A stretch of DNA of 19,901 nucleotides from Gammaproteobacteria bacterium (GTDB taxonomy: Bacteria > Pseudomonadota > Gammaproteobacteria > GCA-001735895), in NCBI GenBank assembly GCA_050298595.1, contig JBNKUM010000059.1:1-19901 (forward strand), written 5' to 3'. The position numbers were made by a program, and so were the translations under genes. Each line of letters opens with the position of its first letter. Position 1 is the first letter of the stretch. Positions 17,253-19,901 of this stretch are shown one piece after another. The notes under the pieces were generated by a model. It saw nothing but the letters and a program-made list of their open reading frames with translations, ran no database searches and had not been told where the DNA came from.

Positions 17253-17562
17253 CGTACGCGAAAGCTGTAGTTACTCTGTAGCTACATACGAGTACGTGCA
17301 CGAGTAACTTCTTTTCAACAGCTAAAAGAAGTCACCACAAAATTTACCGGATTAATTTTGACCAACTCTACTGGCCCGAGGGGTGAAGGACATGGATGCC
17401 CTGAGTCACAAAGCAGCCCCGAACAAGCCCTTGAGTATTCCGGGCTTCCTGCCGTCCATCCTTCGAGCCGCACTTTGTGCGTTCAAAAACACGGCCAAAT
17501 CGCGGTCGGGCCAGACGCGACTGTCCCTAAAAGGCTAAAATCTTTGAATTCGGGCCAGTGGA
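17253..17562. repeat. Multi-hairpin intergenic element (MITE/REP-like or structured ncRNA)
   Basis: Hairpins at 17266-17286, 17304-17335, 17388-17401, 17425-17447 and 17469-17481. Long-range inverted repeat TCTACTGGCCCGA (17367-79)/TCGGGCCAGTGGA (17550-62). Confidence 0.55.
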
Positions 17563-17620
17563 TTTCCTGGAAATTTTCTTATTCAATCCCTAGTTAAAGA
17601 GGCTACCTCCATAATTCAAA

Positions 17621-18481
17621 ATGATAATCCAAAAAAAAATCAGTTTAAATACAGCTGACAATGTAAAGATTGCATTGTGGAAGATATTCGATAATGAGGT
17701 TGAAAAAATATCAGATATTTATTTAACTCATGGTACCTTTTCTGATAAATCAGTCTGTCTAAGAATCTCAAAATTTCTCGCTTCTCTAGGTTATGTCTGC
17801 TGGATTATGGAGTGGAGAAATCACGGTGAAAGCGATAAAAGTAATCTTCCATATAATTTCGAAACTATTGCTAAATACGACATGGCAACTGTTTTCGAGT
17901 ATTTATTTACAACCAAACAGGTTTTGGATCTACATTGTATAACCCATAGTGGCGGTGGAATTTGCCTGTCAATGTTCCTGGTTAAAAATCAGCAGTATAT
18001 CCCCAGAATTAAAACGATTACTTTGTTCAGTTGCCAGGCATTTGGGGCATGCTGTTCCCGGTCACAACATTTAAAACTATTGTTGTATAAATACGTGAAT
18101 TTCCTGATTCGACGCTTACCAGGGAAGTTACTAAAACTTGGACCGCACGATGAACCATACTTTACAATGAAGCAATGGTTCGACTGGAATATTTATCGAA
18201 ATTTTAAAGGAGAGGGTGGATTCGATTATTTATCGAAAATGAATTTAATTACAACGCCTGTCCTTTCTATCTGTTCGGCAGGGGATACCTTTATCGCGCC
18301 CAGGAAAGGTTGTTGGGAATTTATTAATGCGTTTGAGAATAAGAAAAACAGGTTTTCTTTTTACTCAAAAGAGGGTGGAAATCTAGAAGATTATGGGCAT
18401 GGACGAATAATGTGTTCGAGGAATTCTTCGATAGAGGTGTGGCCGGAGGTGGTTGCCTGGATTGAGGAGGGGGATATTTAA
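17621..18481 (+). CDS. Alpha/beta-fold hydrolase
   Basis: Oxyanion motif LTHG, WRNHGES, nucleophile elbow THSGGG, acid SAGD and His in YGH. Noticeably AT-rich. Confidence 0.85.
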   Translation: MIIQKKISLNTADNVKIALWKIFDNEVEKISDIYLTHGTFSDKSVCLRISKFLASLGYVCWIMEWRNHGESDKSNLPYNFETIAKYDMATVFEYLFTTKQVLDLHCITHSGGGICLSMFLVKNQQYIPRIKTITLFSCQAFGACCSRSQHLKLLLYKYVNFLIRRLPGKLLKLGPHDEPYFTMKQWFDWNIYRNFKGEGGFDYLSKMNLITTPVLSICSAGDTFIAPRKGCWEFINAFENKKNRFSFYSKEGGNLEDYGHGRIMCSRNSSIEVWPEVVAWIEEGDI

Positions 18482-18530
18482 TTTAAGGAAGCTCTGATAA
18501 TTCATCCATGAATTATCAGAGCTTCCTAAA
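18482..18530. repeat. Palindromic intergenic repeat, copy 2 (intact)
   Basis: Perfect 20-bp arms AGGAAGCTCTGATAATTCAT-CC-ATGAATTATCAGAGCTTCCT (18486-18527) between convergent stop codons. Confidence 0.9.
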
Positions 18531-18556
18531 TGCTAACCCTGAACATTTAAAAGGGT

Positions 18557-19348
18557 TTACCCATCCGCTAATATCACATTAACTGGAAATGGTCCCATAC
18601 CAAATACCAGTTTAAAAAACTCCAGCTCTTCGGCCTTAAAAAACATCTGGTCCTGGCTGCTCAGGTAATCAAATTCTTCGCGTATTCTACCTAGGTTACT
18701 CTGGATCTGCGCAGCACTACTTTTTGTCATCAGGCGGCTGGCTGTAGAAAAGGCATAATCGGGATTATTTTCATTTTCCAGACAGTGAACAATATAGCGT
18801 TTGTTCATTGATTTAATGAGACCTGATAACGGTCCATCCATACGCAACCTGATAGGCATTGGAACACAGAAACGGTAATTTCCCTCGGGTAGTAACTCAA
18901 TCAGCTCTAGCTTTTCCAGTGTTCGTAGATGCAGATAAAGTCTGGACTGGTCACAATCGAGCAATACCTGAATCATGTCTATACTCAGCCGCGAAATTAA
19001 CAGGATTAAAATCAGAAACAGGCGTTTATCTGAGGCCAGTTTAGCTTCAATATGTTCTGCTAAAAATTCAGGTGATTGCCTGAAGCGTAGTTGCATATTG
19101 ACCAGTTCATCGAGGTTCAAACCAATAATCGAGCATATTTCAAGTAGACGACTCATTTTGCAGTCTTTCTCTTTGAATAAGCGCTTGATAGATAACTCGC
19201 TCATATTCATTCTGGCAGCAAGTTTTGCATAGGTGTAACCCCTTGCTTTTAGTGCCTGTTTTAGCAACGAGAAAAGGTTCTCACGCTGTTTGTCTTCATC
19301 AGCAGGTGTAGTGGGTTGGGCCTGGCTTGAGTGGGCGTTATCTGTCAT
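18557..19348 (-). CDS. XRE/Cro-C1 HTH transcriptional regulator with a C-terminal winged-helix-like domain
   Basis: LKQALKARGYTYAKLA..MSELSIKRLF..RLLEICSIIGL HTH, then a second helix-turn motif (LRTLEKLELIELLP). Confidence 0.85.
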   Translation of the reverse strand: MTDNAHSSQAQPTTPADEDKQRENLFSLLKQALKARGYTYAKLAARMNMSELSIKRLFKEKDCKMSRLLEICSIIGLNLDELVNMQLRFRQSPEFLAEHIEAKLASDKRLFLILILLISRLSIDMIQVLLDCDQSRLYLHLRTLEKLELIELLPEGNYRFCVPMPIRLRMDGPLSGLIKSMNKRYIVHCLENENNPDYAFSTASRLMTKSSAAQIQSNLGRIREEFDYLSSQDQMFFKAEELEFFKLVFGMGPFPVNVILADG

Positions 19349-19351
19349 TTT

Positions 19352-19418
19352 GATACCAGAATGGATTGAAGGGTATCGAAATAAGATACCTTGGGTTATT
19401 TAAATAGATTCAGGTATC
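19352..19418. promoter_or_regulatory. Candidate operator array for the XRE regulator
   Basis: Palindrome GGTATC-N7-GATACC (19372-19390), plus half sites GATACC (19352-57) and GGTATC (19413-18) in the divergent spacer. Confidence 0.6.
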
Positions 19419-19460
19419 AAATATAGCACAATAGATTCTTCACTATTTCAGGAGAATACA

Positions 19461-19901
19461 ATGCTTAAAAGATTTCACATTACCTGTTATGCCGCCATAG
19501 CGGTCTTATCCATCACATCATCGGCAGCTATAGCAGCTCCAGAAAAACTCTGGAGCCTGAATGGTTTTGATGAACCCGAATCCGTATTAGCACACTCGGC
19601 TAAGCATGTGCTGTATGTTTCAAATATTAACGGAAGCCCTGTTGAGCTTAATGGCAAAGGTTATATCAGTTTAATATCTGATAGTGGAAAAATTCTGAGG
19701 CATGTCTGGGTTAACGGCATGGATGCGCCTAAAGGGATGGCAATAGATTCACAATACCTGTATGTAGCTGATATGCAGCAGTTGCATATTATTGATCACG
19801 ACAAAGGAGAGTTGGTTAAATCAGTTAAAGCTGATAGCAGTGTAATGCTCAATGATATTGCCATCGATGATAAGGGTAATGTATACATCAGCGATATTCT
19901 T
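19461..19901 (+). CDS. Secreted beta-propeller protein (SMP-30/gluconolactonase-like), 3'-truncated; absent from the ORF track
   Basis: SD CAGGAG and ATG at 19461, open to the window end. Signal peptide MLKRFHITCYAAIAVLSITSSAAIA, followed by the propeller motifs PESV..LYVSNING, GMDAPKGMAI..LYVAD and LNDIAIDDKGNVYISD. Confidence 0.85.
   Translation, partial: MLKRFHITCYAAIAVLSITSSAAIAAPEKLWSLNGFDEPESVLAHSAKHVLYVSNINGSPVELNGKGYISLISDSGKILRHVWVNGMDAPKGMAIDSQYLYVADMQQLHIIDHDKGELVKSVKADSSVMLNDIAIDDKGNVYISDIL

Noticed and set aside
17358-17597. 79-aa ORF over the structured element
   Set aside because: TTG start without an SD and no protein motifs; the sequence is better explained by its inverted repeats.
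68-19232. Numerous short ORFs antisense or out of frame within the main genes (e.g. 68-361, 5312-5599, 7013-7315, 10262-10567, 15352-15726)
   Set aside because: They largely or fully overlap well-supported CDSs and show no motifs; typical shadow ORFs.
1-19901. CRISPR array, tRNA/rRNA, prophage, transposase or recognisable defence system
   Set aside because: I saw no regularly spaced direct repeats, cloverleaf motifs or characteristic proteins.

Overview
Gene-dense chromosomal window, probably from a Gammaproteobacterium (inferred from dadR/dadA, a NemA-type flavoprotein and a GcvA-like LysR). It holds about 19 credible CDSs: a partial APH/EcKL-type kinase, an IMPase/CysQ-family phosphatase and a small secreted protein; a pRiA4b ORF-3 protein; a 7TM-DISM diguanylate cyclase; TetR plus an old yellow enzyme; Lrp(DadR)/dadA; a 470-aa protein resembling a degenerate PncC plus nucleotidyltransferase fusion; a 63-aa small protein divergent from a GcvA-like LysR and an AEC transporter; an FKBP PPIase; mgtE-mscS-corA; an AT-rich alpha/beta hydrolase; and an XRE regulator divergent from a partial secreted beta-propeller. 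I saw no rRNA, tRNA, CRISPR array, integrase or transposase. The most unusual signals are: (i) two genes whose evident N-termini have no ATG/GTG/TTG (the LysR appears to start at ATC, the cyclase at ATT or ACG); (ii) a LysR/small-protein module with a T-N11-A palindrome about 65 nt upstream of a predicted transcription start; (iii) two copies of a roughly 45-bp palindromic element and a roughly 310-nt multi-hairpin intergenic element sharing a CAT-GG-ATG hairpin tip; (iv) the PncC/NMNAT-like fusion with altered catalytic motifs. All family calls come from reading motifs by eye; no database searches were run.
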